64,000 nucleotides of DNA from Octopus vulgaris (Eukaryota): positions 175,088,001-175,152,000 of the forward strand of contig OX597816.1 of the NCBI GenBank assembly GCA_951406725.2, read 5' to 3'. How positions within the stretch are numbered: position 1 is the stretch's first letter; the number at the start of each line of letters is the position of its first letter. The notes beneath the pieces were generated by a model. The model was not told where the DNA came from. It made no database searches and was given only the letters and a program-made list of their open reading frames with translations. Positions 1 through 11,189 of this stretch are shown piece after piece. The translations under genes were made by a program, and so were the position numbers.

Positions 1-321
1 AACATAGATTGAAAATCTCACCATTCATAATTACATACAAAAATATAAACATATAATCACATATAATCTATTTTCCAAAACTTTTATTATTATTTGGACT
101 CTGTGGAAGAATCCAATGTACTGTGCTTTGTTTTTAAGAATCCGAATCTGTTTGGTCAGTGGCTAGTTTCCATGGTTGTGAAGGAAATAGAGAATTGGCT
201 GTGAAAAAAGAGAAAATTAAAAAAGAATTCTTTAAATTACAAAATTAATAAAATTTTAAACATTGAATTCATGAAACACAAGAAATATAAATTAAAATAT
301 TAACTGATGTTTTTTTTTTAG

Positions 322-383
322 ATCCATACCTCTCTTCCCATAAAGTGTTGGAGCATTTTTTGAGGGAAACCTTTTCTAAATGA
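322..383 (+). CDS. Candidate terminal coding exon of an unidentified + strand gene, (D)PYLSSHKVLEHFLRETFSK*
   Basis: Strong acceptor (taactgatg-T10-ag at 301-321), then an open frame to TGA at 381-383. The P-x-L...L-x-x-FL pattern resembles a PX-domain C-terminal helix (inference only). Confidence 0.35.
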
Positions 384-699
384 CTTTATCAGTGGATTAC
401 TTTACCTGTTGGCTTTATCTATATTATTTTTCATTCTGTTAAGACATGTTTGCCCATTGCTTATGCACAGATCATGAACGGTTAAAGTTAACCAATTCTT
501 CTTTCAGCCTCGCTTTCCTCTACCCTCTATCTTTGCACGTATCAACATTATTCTTTCATTATTCTTCGATTTTTTTCTCATTATATTGTTCTTTCAGTAC
601 TCTCTCATTATATTATTCTTTCTTTCAGTATTCTCTCATTACTCTGTCTAGCTCAAATATGTTTTTTCGTTTAGTCTTGTCTTCCTGTTGCTCCCTAGG

Positions 700-854
700 C
701 AAAAAGTTCAAAATTCTTTTTGCTGATGACACTCCATGGACCCTAAGTAAGGCATGTGTAAAATTTGAATGAAATTGGTTGTGTAGTTCTCAAGTTTTAG
801 GGAAACACACACACAGACAGACAGACACACATTCTCAGTTTTATATATATGAAG

Positions 855-885
<31 letters not shown>

Positions 886-1260
886 TGTATGTATGTATAT
901 GAATGCATGTATGTATGTACGTATGCATGCATATATGTGAGATATATGAGATAATAGTTTCACTTTAAAGTCTCAGAATTAATAGTGAAACTATAAAACT
1001 GAAAGTATCTCCCATTACAATAGAGATGTTATTGTTTCACTTTTGACACATGATACTGAAATAGTGTGGAGATAGATTGCTCCAGGACTTGCATTAGGTA
1101 AGAAGTTGAAAATGTTTTTGGCCCATGACACTACATGGATCCTAAGTAAGGCAAGTGTAAGATTTGAATGAAATCAGTTGGGTAGTTCTCAAGTTTTAGG
1201 GATTGACACAGGCAGACTCACAGACAGACACACATTCTCAGTTTTATATGTTAAGATATA
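700..1260 (-). mobile_element. Two tandem 5' ends of a non-autonomous Helitron-like repeat
   Basis: Blocks at about 715-856 and 1110-1257 are diverged direct repeats. On minus they begin TC..ATATAAAACTGAGAATGTGTGTCTGT, like the 5' ends of the Helitrons at 32071 and 50938. Confidence 0.5.
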
Positions 1261-1542
1261 TATGTATGTATATGTATGTGTATGTGCGTGTGTGTGTGTC
1301 TGTGTTTGTACCCCCACCATTGCTTGACAACTGATGTTGCCGTGTTTACGTCCCTGTAACTTAGCCGTTTGGGAAAACAAACTGATAGAATATGTACTAG
1401 ACTGACAAAGAATATATCCTGGGGTCGATTTCTTTGACTTAAGGCGGTGCACCAGCATGACCACAGTCACATGGCCGAAACAAGTAAAACAATAAAAAAC
1501 TATGTCATTTTAATCCCGAGCAATGCTGGGTATCTCTCCTAG

Positions 1543-1578
<36 letters not shown>

Positions 1579-1746
1579 TAAATGAGGGTGAAAAATCGAT
1601 ATTAATTTAATAATACCGTCAATTTAACACCAAGTGGCTTAGCACAAAAAACTATGGAGAAAATACAAATTTATACATAAATTATTAGAGAGTTATCCAC
1701 TATGTGGACAACTCTAGTGGTAAAAATAGCTCCGAAGCAACCACAG

Positions 1747-1928
1747 AAGATCCGTTTCCAACTAGAATCAACACACATCTAACTGAAGGAAAGTGAAATA
1801 CAACGAATAAAATAGATTGACTCTATACAATTGTTTTGAAACAATTGTATAGAGTCAATCTATTTTATTCGTTGTATTTCACTTTCCTTCAGTTAGATGT
1901 GTGTTGATTCTAGTTGGAAACGGATCTT
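1747..1928. repeat. Perfect palindrome with 90-bp arms and a 2-nt spacer
   Basis: 1747-1836 is the reverse complement of 1839-1928, inside an element bounded by (TA)n. Confidence 0.9.
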
Positions 1929-1951
1929 ATATATATATATATATATATATA

Positions 1952-2497
1952 TCATCATCATTTAGCATCTGCTTTCCATGCTAGCATGGGTTGGTTGGTT
2001 CAACTGGGGTCTGGGAAGCCAGAAGGCTGCACCAGGCCCAGTCTGATCTGGCAGTGTTTCTATGGCTGGATGCCCTTCCTAACGCCAACCACTCTATGAG
2101 TGTAGTGGGTGCTTTTTACGTGCCACCCGCACAGGTGCCAGACGGGGCTGGCAAACGGCCACGGACGGATGGTGCTTTTTACATGCCACCGGCATGGGGG
2201 CCAGTCAAGGCTGGCAATGGCCACGATCGGATGGTGCTTTTTACGTGCCACCGGCACGGGGACCAGGCGAGGCTGGCAACGGCCATGATCGGATGGTGCT
2301 TTTTTTACATGCCACTGGCACGGGGGCCAGTCGGGGTGGCGCTGGCAACGGACACGGTCGGGTGGTGCTTTTTACATGCCACCGGCACGGGGGCCAGGCA
2401 AGGCTGGCAACGGCCACGATCGGATGGCGCTTTTTACATGCCACAGGCACGGAGGCCAGTCGGGGCAGCGCTGGCCATGGCCACTATCGGATGGTAC
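1952..2497 (-). mobile_element. SINE family B (Meta-domain-like, (ATG)n tail) with internal GC-rich ~60-bp minisatellite
   Basis: GGCGTTAGGAAGGGCATCCAGC motif and gatgatgat tail on minus; about 6 units of ggtgctttttacatgccaccggcacg at 2108-2495. Other copies at about 22975-23270, 29660-30050, 38225-38680, 41006-41150, 45381-45640 and 51590-51771. Confidence 0.75.
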
Positions 2498-3954
2498 GCT
2501 TATATATATATATGCTTCTCACATAGGCAACTGTATGTTGGCTGCTCAAGAGTAGGAACCAAAAGAAACCTTTTTGTATATGCTCCACAAGGAAAAACAA
2601 GGAACATTGTTTACAACGAGGTGTTATAATCTCAACAGCCAGGAGGTATAAACATAATCCCCTTTTTTTTAACAAACTTCATTACTTTCATGTATTTATA
2701 TTAATATACATATATTTGTGTGTGTGTGTGTGTGTATCCATATATATATATATAACAGAAAAGTCTAATTCTTCTATTGAATGTAACCAGGCAACGCCGG
2801 GTATCTCTGCTAGTAAGAGATATAGCTGTTATTTCTAGCACTTGCAGAAGACAGAAGACAGAAGTGATGGATGAATAACACATGTGCGTGTGTATGTGTC
2901 TGCTGTTTACTTAGACGCAGAAAATGAATTTGGCTCAAATGCTGGGATTTCATTGGTTAAAATTCGAAGAATTAAACTACGTAAAAGTTACAAAATACAA
3001 TTTTCTCAAAAAAACTAGTTGAAATTAATGTTTTCTTTTGACACATTCTACCAGTATACGAAGTTTCAAATTATTTAGTTAAGTAGAAATTCTGTCCATC
3101 TTTTAGAAAAGATCCATATTTTATATATCCCTTCATCAGAGACAGTGCAAGAAAATGGTTAAGAAATAGTTATTATAGAGAAGATATGAAATACAGAGTG
3201 AAGTGGAGGGATGAAAACAGCCGTGAGATACGTAAGGATATTGTATCCGCAGTTCCATTATTTGAGCAGAATGGTGTATATATAAGTTTCCTGTATCTTG
3301 TGTGTGGGCTCCAATGTTGCTTATAATTGGTCATTCCAAGCATAAAGTCTTGTAAAAGGTGTTATTCAATGGAAGGGTTTTTTTGAAGAGACTTAAAAGT
3401 TGGGAATGTGTTTGTAAGGTCAAATCAAAAACAGGAAGAGAGAAGGAAAGAAGGAAAAAATGAAGAGAGAAAAAGAGAAGAAAAGAAAAAAAAGGGGAGA
3501 GAGATAATAAAGAAATGAAGAGACAGAATGTGTGCTGGCTAGAAGTCAGTCAGGATAAAATGATAGGAGGAAGAGAGAGGTGTGAGTGAGAGAGAGAGAA
3601 AGAGACGAAAGTGTAAAGAGATGAAAGTGTAAAGAGACGAAAGTGTAAAGAGATGAAAGTGTAAAGAGATGAGAGGGTAAAGAGTAAAGGAGTGTGAGGT
3701 ATGTTGTGATACAGCCTAAGTGAAGGGCAGAGAGAAGGGTAGTAAAATGGTGGAATAAAGAATTTGGGAATACAGGTTAGATTGCTTAAAGGACAGGTCA
3801 GTGATGAGTAGTAGAAGAATGTATATCTGTGAAGATGTATACACATGTATATATTCAAACATGTATGTGTATATATATATATATATAAAGTTAATCCAAA
3901 CAAGAAAACAAAAAGACAACAATGCAAGGATGTGGAACAAATAAAGTACATATA

Positions 3955-4054
3955 CCCACTGCATGGCACCTTGGAAAAGTGTGTTCTGCTATAGCCTCAG
4001 GCCAACCAAAGCCTTGTGAGTGGATTTGGTAAACAGAAACCGAAAGAAGCCTGT

Positions 4055-4104
<50 letters not shown>

Positions 4105-4325
4105 TACGCATATATATGTATATATTTGTGTGTCTATGTTTGTCCCCCACCGTCATTTGACAACTGATGTTGGTGTGCTTACAACCCCGTAACTTAGCGG
4201 TTCAGCAAAAGAGACCGATAGAATAAGTACTAGGCTTACAAAGAATATGTCCCGGGGTTGATCTGTTCAACAAAAAGCAGTGCTCCAGCATGGTCACAGT
4301 CAAATGACTAAAACAAGTAAGAGAA
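3955..4325 (+). mobile_element. SINE family A, 5'-truncated
   Basis: Matches 19521-19967. A further 3' half lies at about 1270-1500. Confidence 0.8.
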
Positions 4326-4809
4326 TACCACTCATTTACTTACATGTGTCTTGGTTTTTCTGTACAGGGCTCACACATTTTGATTGACTGAGAGTTATGG
4401 TAGTTGTGATTGGTTCCTCTGATATTTGTAATGCATCAATATAGTTTTGAAAAGCTGGTGTTGTTGTTTGTAATCTGCTGGTGTTATAATCTGTATTGAG
4501 GTTCAGCATTAACTCATCAGTTTGTTTCAACTTCTGCAATAGAAAACGCACTGTTCAAAACATTATCTTCACTATTATCATCATTGTTTTCATATCCACC
4601 ATTGTCATCCTCAGCAGAAGTATTCCCACCATGCAAATGATGATTACTGGGACCACCATCACCACCATCATCATAATTATCATGCTCCATACTCTCACCA
4701 TAATTGTCATCATTATCCTCATTGTAATCAACTTCATTCATCACAATCACTATTTGCAACACTTATTCTCAAAAACAGAAATAGCAGCAAAATCTTCCTA
4801 AAACCATAT

Positions 4810-5212
4810 ACTCTTTACTCTCTTTTACTCTTTTACTTGTTTCAGTCATTTGACTGCGGCCATGCTGGAGCACCGCCTTTAGTCGAGCAAATCGACCCCA
4901 GGACTTATTCTTTGTAAGCCCAGTACTTATTCTATCGGTCTCCTTTGCCGAACTGCTAAGTGGCGGGGACGTAAACACACCAGCATTGGTTGTCAAGCAA
5001 TGCTAGGGGGACAAACACACACACGCACACACACATATATATATATACATATATACGACAGGCTTCTTTCAGTTTCCGTCTACCAAATCCACTCACAAGG
5101 CATTGGTCGGCCCGGGGCTATAGCAGAAGACACTTGCCCAAGATGCCACGCAGTGGGACTGAACCCAGAACCATGTGGTTGGTTAGCAAGCTACTTACCA
5201 CACAGCCACTCT
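4810..5212 (-). mobile_element. SINE family A
   Basis: Reverse complement of the family A sequence, with (AAAGAGT)n tail. Confidence 0.85.
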
Positions 5213-5449
5213 TATTTTGAAAATTATTTTGCATAATGTAAGTTTAAGTATGTTATGAAAAGATGGTCATTGCTATAATGCCTTTGATCATAGATTTGCA
5301 CAATCAGGTCTGACTTGGAATAAATAACCATAGAATCCACTTATTCCCACGTCTTCTACATTTCATATAGTTAGAGTGGTAAAGTTACAGAAATGTCTAC
5401 GTGGTGGAGTAAATGCTTTATGTTTGAGTTCAAATCAGAGAAAAAATAA

Positions 5450-6020
5450 TAATTTTCCAGTAATAATATACTATAGTTTGTTATTTTCTTCTATAAGCTA
5501 AAATATATTTTCATAAATAAAATTAAATATTTCTATCTATTTATTCTATTTTTATTTGCACCAAATTTTTAACGAGATAAATTTATAATAAACACTAAGT
5601 CCTACGTATTGAGTTTAAAGATTTAGTTAACAGAATACATTCAATAATATAATTCGTGTTTTTCTTTTAAAATATATTGAGTTTTGTTCGATTTTTTATT
5701 GTAAAATTACGTATTTTTATATATATTTATCTTTTCTTATAAGATAATACACATACATTTATTTAATTATTTTATTGTTTTTATCTTAGACCTGATGAGT
5801 GACTATATTCAAATTGAATTGATTTTATTGTAATCAATTTGAAAATATAGCCATGAAACATGTGTAGTCTATTTACTAATTATATACTACTTATTTATTA
5901 TTTAGTACTTTATTTAGTTTTAGGTAAATGTTTTATCGTATCTTTAATTTTTTCTATATGGTATGATTTAAGTATATCATTGTTGAATTGCTTCATGGTG
6001 GTTCTTCTCTAATTTATATA
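5450..6020 (+). mobile_element. ORF-less hammerhead-bearing element (Penelope pLTR/retrozyme-like)
   Basis: A diverged reverse-complement copy lies at about 33475-34035; both end at (TA)n. Confidence 0.6.
5787..5871 (+). ncRNA. Type I hammerhead ribozyme motif with long stem II
   Basis: tagac-CTGATGA-[gtgactatattcaaattga...tcaatttgaaaatatagccat]-GAAAC-atgt-GTA-gtcta. Stem I tagac/gtcta is perfect. Confidence 0.85.
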
Positions 6021-6022
6021 CT

Positions 6023-6061
<39 letters not shown>

Positions 6062-6065
<4 letters not shown>

Positions 6066-6885
6066 AGTTAAATGCAGGTGTTATTCAAATTCTTTTACTT
6101 CTGACACATGTTTTGAAGATATCACTGGTATTAATTTGTATTGGTTGATTCTCTCAATTTTGATCCTTATGATAGAGGCAAGGAATTCTGTCTTCTCTGT
6201 AATTCTGAACGATTTTTTATTCTTTTTTCTAAAAATCCCCTTGTAAACACAGTTATAGAGTGTGCGTACCGATGTAAACATTGGTAGAAGCACACCTTTA
6301 GTTCATATAAGTGATAGCTATCATTATATATAATTTAAACATTTATTTTCTTCTTACATTTCACATTCACTAGATATATATTTTTCCTAGTCTATAAGGT
6401 TTTATTTAATATACATATAGACATATACTTCTCATTTATTTAGTTTTTCTTTACTTTATCCCTCCTCTTTCTATAGGCTACCTCTGACGTCATATCATAT
6501 AACATTTTTTTAAAACAATATTTATAGCATTCAGTAAATCACTATACATATCCATCATATTCTGTTAAAATGTCTTATTGACGAGTTTCATTTCTTCATT
6601 TCCCTGAAGAGAAGATTACATTGTTTAACATCATTTTATTCCTTTGGAATAATACCAGTGATATCTTTGAAACATGTGTCAGAAGCAAAAGAATTTGAAT
6701 AACACCTGTGTTTAACTCCATTTATTTATTTATATATATTATACAAAATATTTCATGTAAACCCGGAGTTTCTACCTTTAAAAACAAGGAGTTATGCCCT
6801 TTTTACTTGTGTGATTTTTTGCTACCCTGGTAACTATTTATCTATTTTTCCGTGTTAATTGTTAACAAGGGAAAAATACACATGT

Positions 6886-6890
<5 letters not shown>
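6062..6890 (+). mobile_element. ORF-less hammerhead-bearing Penelope-like element with a partial inverted terminal copy
   Basis: 6063-6132 is the reverse complement of about 6650-6720. Flanked by (TA)n. A related copy lies at 48593-49512. Confidence 0.6.
6599..6685 (+). ncRNA. Type I hammerhead ribozyme motif with long stem II (stem I partly decayed)
   Basis: CTGAAGA (6604-6610)-gaagattacattg...cagtgatatcttt-GAAAC-atgt-GTC-agaag. Confidence 0.7.
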
Positions 6891-6936
<46 letters not shown>

Positions 6937-6938
<2 letters not shown>

Positions 6939-8123
6939 TTGGACAAAATAATGGAAACACCTAACATCATATTATCATAATTTTGAAATATCTATAAAAC
7001 CATCAAAAGCTTGTTTATTTTTACATTTTTTGATTTATTATTAGTGTTGCTTAATATGTTTTGCTAAAATTGTTTCTTTTCAGATATCATCAGAAAAAGG
7101 TAATTAAAATTCATTAAAATGACAGATCTATCAGACTTTCAAAATGGTCAAATTTTTGGTGCTCGTATGGCAGACACTAGCATAATGAAAACAGCCAAAA
7201 TGTTTGGTGTATCAAAAAGTACTGTTTTGAAAGTAATGACAGCCTTTGAGAAAGAGGGGAAAACCTCATCATTGAAACAAAACTCCAGAAGGAAACCAAA
7301 ACTTTGAGATACAGACAGTCAGATTCTTAGGCAAATTGTTAGAAAGGATCACAAAAGTACAGCTCTCAAAATTACTGCAGAGCTTAATAACCACCTCAAG
7401 AACCCATTTCCCACAAAAATTGTTTATGGGAGCTGCACAAAGCCGGATTTCACGAGAGGGCTGCAATCAGAAAACCACTACTTACAAAAACAAACATTTC
7501 AAAACATTCCGTGTGAAGTAAAAACCTACAGAATTGGTCCCTAGAGCAGTGGAAGAATGTTATTTTCTCAGACAAGTCATCCTTTACCTCATTTCTGACC
7601 ACTGGCCGAGTATAGGTCTGGGGAGCTATATGTTAGAAATCTGCTGGCCCAATGGTTTCCCTTCATAGCAGAATTAATAGTCAAGACTATTTAAGCATTT
7701 TATCTGATCAAATTCATCCTATTGTTGCAGAACTGTTTCTGGAGGGGAACGCAATCTTTCAGGATGATAGTGCACCAATTCACACAGCTAAAGTTGTTAC
7801 TGAATGGCATGAGAAACATTCTAGAGAAGTTGAACATCTTATCTGGCCACCACAGTCTCCAGATCTCAATATTATTGAATATTTGTGGTAAATTTTAGAA
7901 AAAGAAGTAAGGAGTCGATATCCTCCACCATCTACACTACAAGAACTGGAGACTTTTTTAGCTGAAGAATGGACAAAAATTCCTTTGGAAACAATTCAAA
8001 CTTTATACGAGTTCATACCTTGTAGAATTCATGCTGTAATTACTGCCAGAGGTGGTCCTTCCCCATATTAGAATAAATCTGTTCGAAATTTTAAGGTGTT
8101 TCCATTATTTTGTCCAACCCCTG
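6937..8123 (+). mobile_element. Tc1-like DNA transposon with DD36E spacing, transposase pseudogene
   Basis: TIRs ggttggacaaaataatggaaacacct / aggtgtttccattattttgtccaacc and TA flank. HTH start MTDLSDFQNGQIFGAR; FQDDSAPIH...WPPQSPDLNIIE; stops and frameshifts. Confidence 0.92.
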
Positions 8124-8268
8124 TATGTTTGTGTGTATATATATATATATATATATATTATAATAAATTAGAGACAAAACCACTATTATGCAAATCAAAC
8201 AAAGAAAGACTTAAGCCAATACATAAAATATAAAATAATTTATATAAATTAAAATTTAACAATTGAAT

Positions 8269-8320
8269 AACCACTACGATCGTTTCGTGTCAGCACATCT
8301 TAGACATTCTTCAGGTGGTT
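8269..8320 (-). ncRNA. Type I hammerhead ribozyme motif (inverted copy of 10084-10135)
   Basis: Reverse complement of aaccac-CTGAAGA-atgtc..gacac-GAAAC-gatc-GTA-gtggtt. Confidence 0.85.
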
Positions 8321-10083
8321 TCTAAACCTAAAATATAAAATATAATCAATATTTTACCTATATAATCTAAATAAACTCTATTATTAAATATGATTATATC
8401 GAAATCGACTATAATGTTAAATATTAACTTTAATTTATAAGGTAGAAAAACCATATGCTAATATCCATTTTAGTCTATATCTACTTATATAGATATTTGA
8501 AATAAGTAATATATATAAATTATCAATGAAAAAATATAAAAAAATAAAAAAATATTATAATCAAGATCTAAAATAGACTCTATAAATGATTGTATATAAT
8601 GAAAACCTAATATATTTAATTTCTCATATTTAATACAATGATAAACATATAATATTCCATTCATAATCTTTAATAACGTTGGTTCCTCACGCGCAAAGAA
8701 TTCAATGTTTTATTCTATTCTGTTTATAATGTAATTTCTTAAACGCAGTTTAACATGTATTGTGATTCAAATTACTTCATAGTTTATAACTCGCTAAGAA
8801 GGTAAGTTTTTTTCTGATCTCCAAATTGTTAATATTGTATTAGCCTTATGCGTAATAATATTCTCCTTATGTTAATCTTGCTGTTTATGTAATGATCTAT
8901 TTATCGTAATTTTATATGTTATTAGTTATTAAATAATTTAGATAAATTTTTGATAAATAGATACGTTTCGAATGAAGATGGTTTAGGCCATGTCTAATAT
9001 AATAGCATAATTTATATTAGATAATTTTCCCATTCATAATCTGATTAGTACTTATAGTATTTTAATACTATATTACTGAGTAAGGAATATTCTTATAAGT
9101 TTGTGGTTGTGTATATGTGGTTATGGTGTTATTTCTTCTATGTGTTAGTGTACATACGTTTATGTATGAGAGATTGTATGTGTGTGTGTGCGGGTGTACA
9201 TAATTGATGTGTAGAGGTATATGGCTGAATTTAGAACATGTCCGTGTCTGTATGTGTTTGAGTATGTATAGTTATGTGTGTATGTGTGTGTTTGTTTACG
9301 TGTTTATATATGTTATATACATATAGTATATAGTATTTAATACTATTTTACTAAATTTGTGTATGTATAGATATATATGTGTGTGTGTGTGTTTGTTTAC
9401 GTATTTATATATGTTTATTACATATATATAGTATATAGTATTTAATACTATTTTACTAAGAATGAAATATTTCTATTAGTATGTGGTTGAGTATCTGCGG
9501 ATACTGGATGTTATTTCTCCTCTGTGTTAGTGTCCTGTTGAGAGTATATGTTTATGAATGTGTGATTGTATGTGTGTGTGAGTATGAATAGGTGATGTGT
9601 AGAGGTGTAGGGCTGCATTATGGATATATCTGTGTCTATATGTTTATGTGTGTGTGTAGATGTATATGTGTGTGTGTGAGTTTGTGTGCGTATTTGGATG
9701 TGTTTATATACATACATGAGCTTGTGTGTATATATATATATTTTGTTTTTTGAAATTAGCTATTTCATCTTTAAATATGAGAAATTAAATATATTAGGTT
9801 TTCATTATATACAATCATTTATAGAGTCTATTTTAGATCTTGATTATAATATTTTTTAATTTTTTTATATTTTTTCATTGATAATTTATATATATTACTT
9901 ATTTCAAATATCTATATAAGTAGATATAGACTAAAATGGATATTAGCATATGGTTTTTCTACCTTATAAATTAAAGTTAATATTTAACATTATAGTCAAT
10001 TTCGATATAATCATATTTAATAATAGAGTTTATTTAGATTATATAGGTAAAATATTGATTATATTTTATATTTTAGGTTTAGA

Positions 10084-10135
10084 AACCACCTGAAGAATGT
10101 CTAAGATGTGCTGACACGAAACGATCGTAGTGGTT
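10084..10135 (+). ncRNA. Type I hammerhead ribozyme motif
   Basis: aaccac-CTGAAGA-a-tgtc-(loop)-gaca-c-GAAAC-gatc-GTA-gtggtt. 6-bp stem I and palindromic stem III loop; the first stem II pair is an A-C mismatch. Confidence 0.85.
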
Positions 10136-10327
10136 ATTCAATTGTTAAATTTTAATTTATATAAATTATTTTATATTTTATGTATTGGCTTAAGTCTTTC
10201 TTTGTTTGATTTGCATAATAGTGGTTTTGTCTCTAATTTATTATAATATAATATTTTATTATAAAATTGGATTCAATCTTAAATCTGATTTTTCCTTGTA
10301 AATTTGGATTTATCCCCTAATATTTAT

Positions 10328-10371
<44 letters not shown>

Positions 10372-10382
10372 GTATGTATGCT

Positions 10383-10760
10383 CCTGCCCATGCTGTCGCA
10401 CTTGCCCCTACCTCTCCAACACCACCATCCTCACAGGCACCCATCATCGTCTCTGTCATATCACTGACTCCTTTACATGCACTTCTAGAACATCATTTAC
10501 TGCATCTCCTGCTCTTTCTGTCCTTCTCTGTACATTGGTCAAACGGGACACTGCTTGGCTGACCGGTTCACGGAGCATCTCCAAAACATTAGACTTGGCA
10601 ATGACACCCCAGTCTCACACCATTTCTGCTCTACTGGTCATTCACTACAACACCTGTCTGTGTTTGGATTGTCTTTGCACAGGTCACATCTGGACTCCTG
10701 CCTTTGCCATGAACTAGAATTAATCTTCTCTTCATTCCTTTGTACTACATGGGCTCAATT
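10383..10760 (+). pseudogene. Penelope-like GIY-YIG endonuclease fragment
   Basis: Across a frameshift: CRTCPY...FTCTS..IIYCISC..C..LYIGQTG..LADRFTEH...TPVSHHF. Confidence 0.8.
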
Positions 10761-11189
10761 CCCCTCCCCTCTCCTCTATTCATCTCACACCTATTTCCTC
10801 TCTTCACTCCTACCAACCTTCTCCCTTCACTGTTACCCCCCTCCATCCACATCCCACCCCTATACATCCCATTCATCTATCGCAAAGTTAGAAAGACAGA
10901 TTTCTAATGGGGAAATTTCTATCACTTAGTATCTTTATTTCTTTTGGTGTTGTAATTTTCCATCATGTTCTGTTCACAAAACCATCTAAAGTTTAAACTG
11001 AAGGTGAAGTCCCTTACTGAATTCATTGAAAAATATTCAACAATAACATTAATTTATTAATTCACTCCTTTAATAAAGTCATGGGTGATGTTCACAGCTG
11101 TGTCACTCTTACTCAAAAACAACAGAAATTACTAAACTCTTTGGGAAGATGATACATATGCAATAATTGGAAGTATTTTCATTCTTTTA

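Larger units (their letters stand above)
8154..10250. mobile_element. Penelope-like element remnant bounded by ~480-bp near-perfect inverted repeats
   Basis: 8154-8633 vs 9771-10250 with about 2 mismatches seen; each arm holds a hammerhead; flanked by (TA)n. Confidence 0.75.

Noticed and set aside
2108-2495. CRISPR-like repeat/spacer look
   Set aside because: Units are similar over their whole length, the context is eukaryotic, and there are no cas genes.
1991-2629. 212-aa ORF and overlapping ORFs
   Set aside because: Translation of the SINE B minisatellite, open in several frames on both strands.
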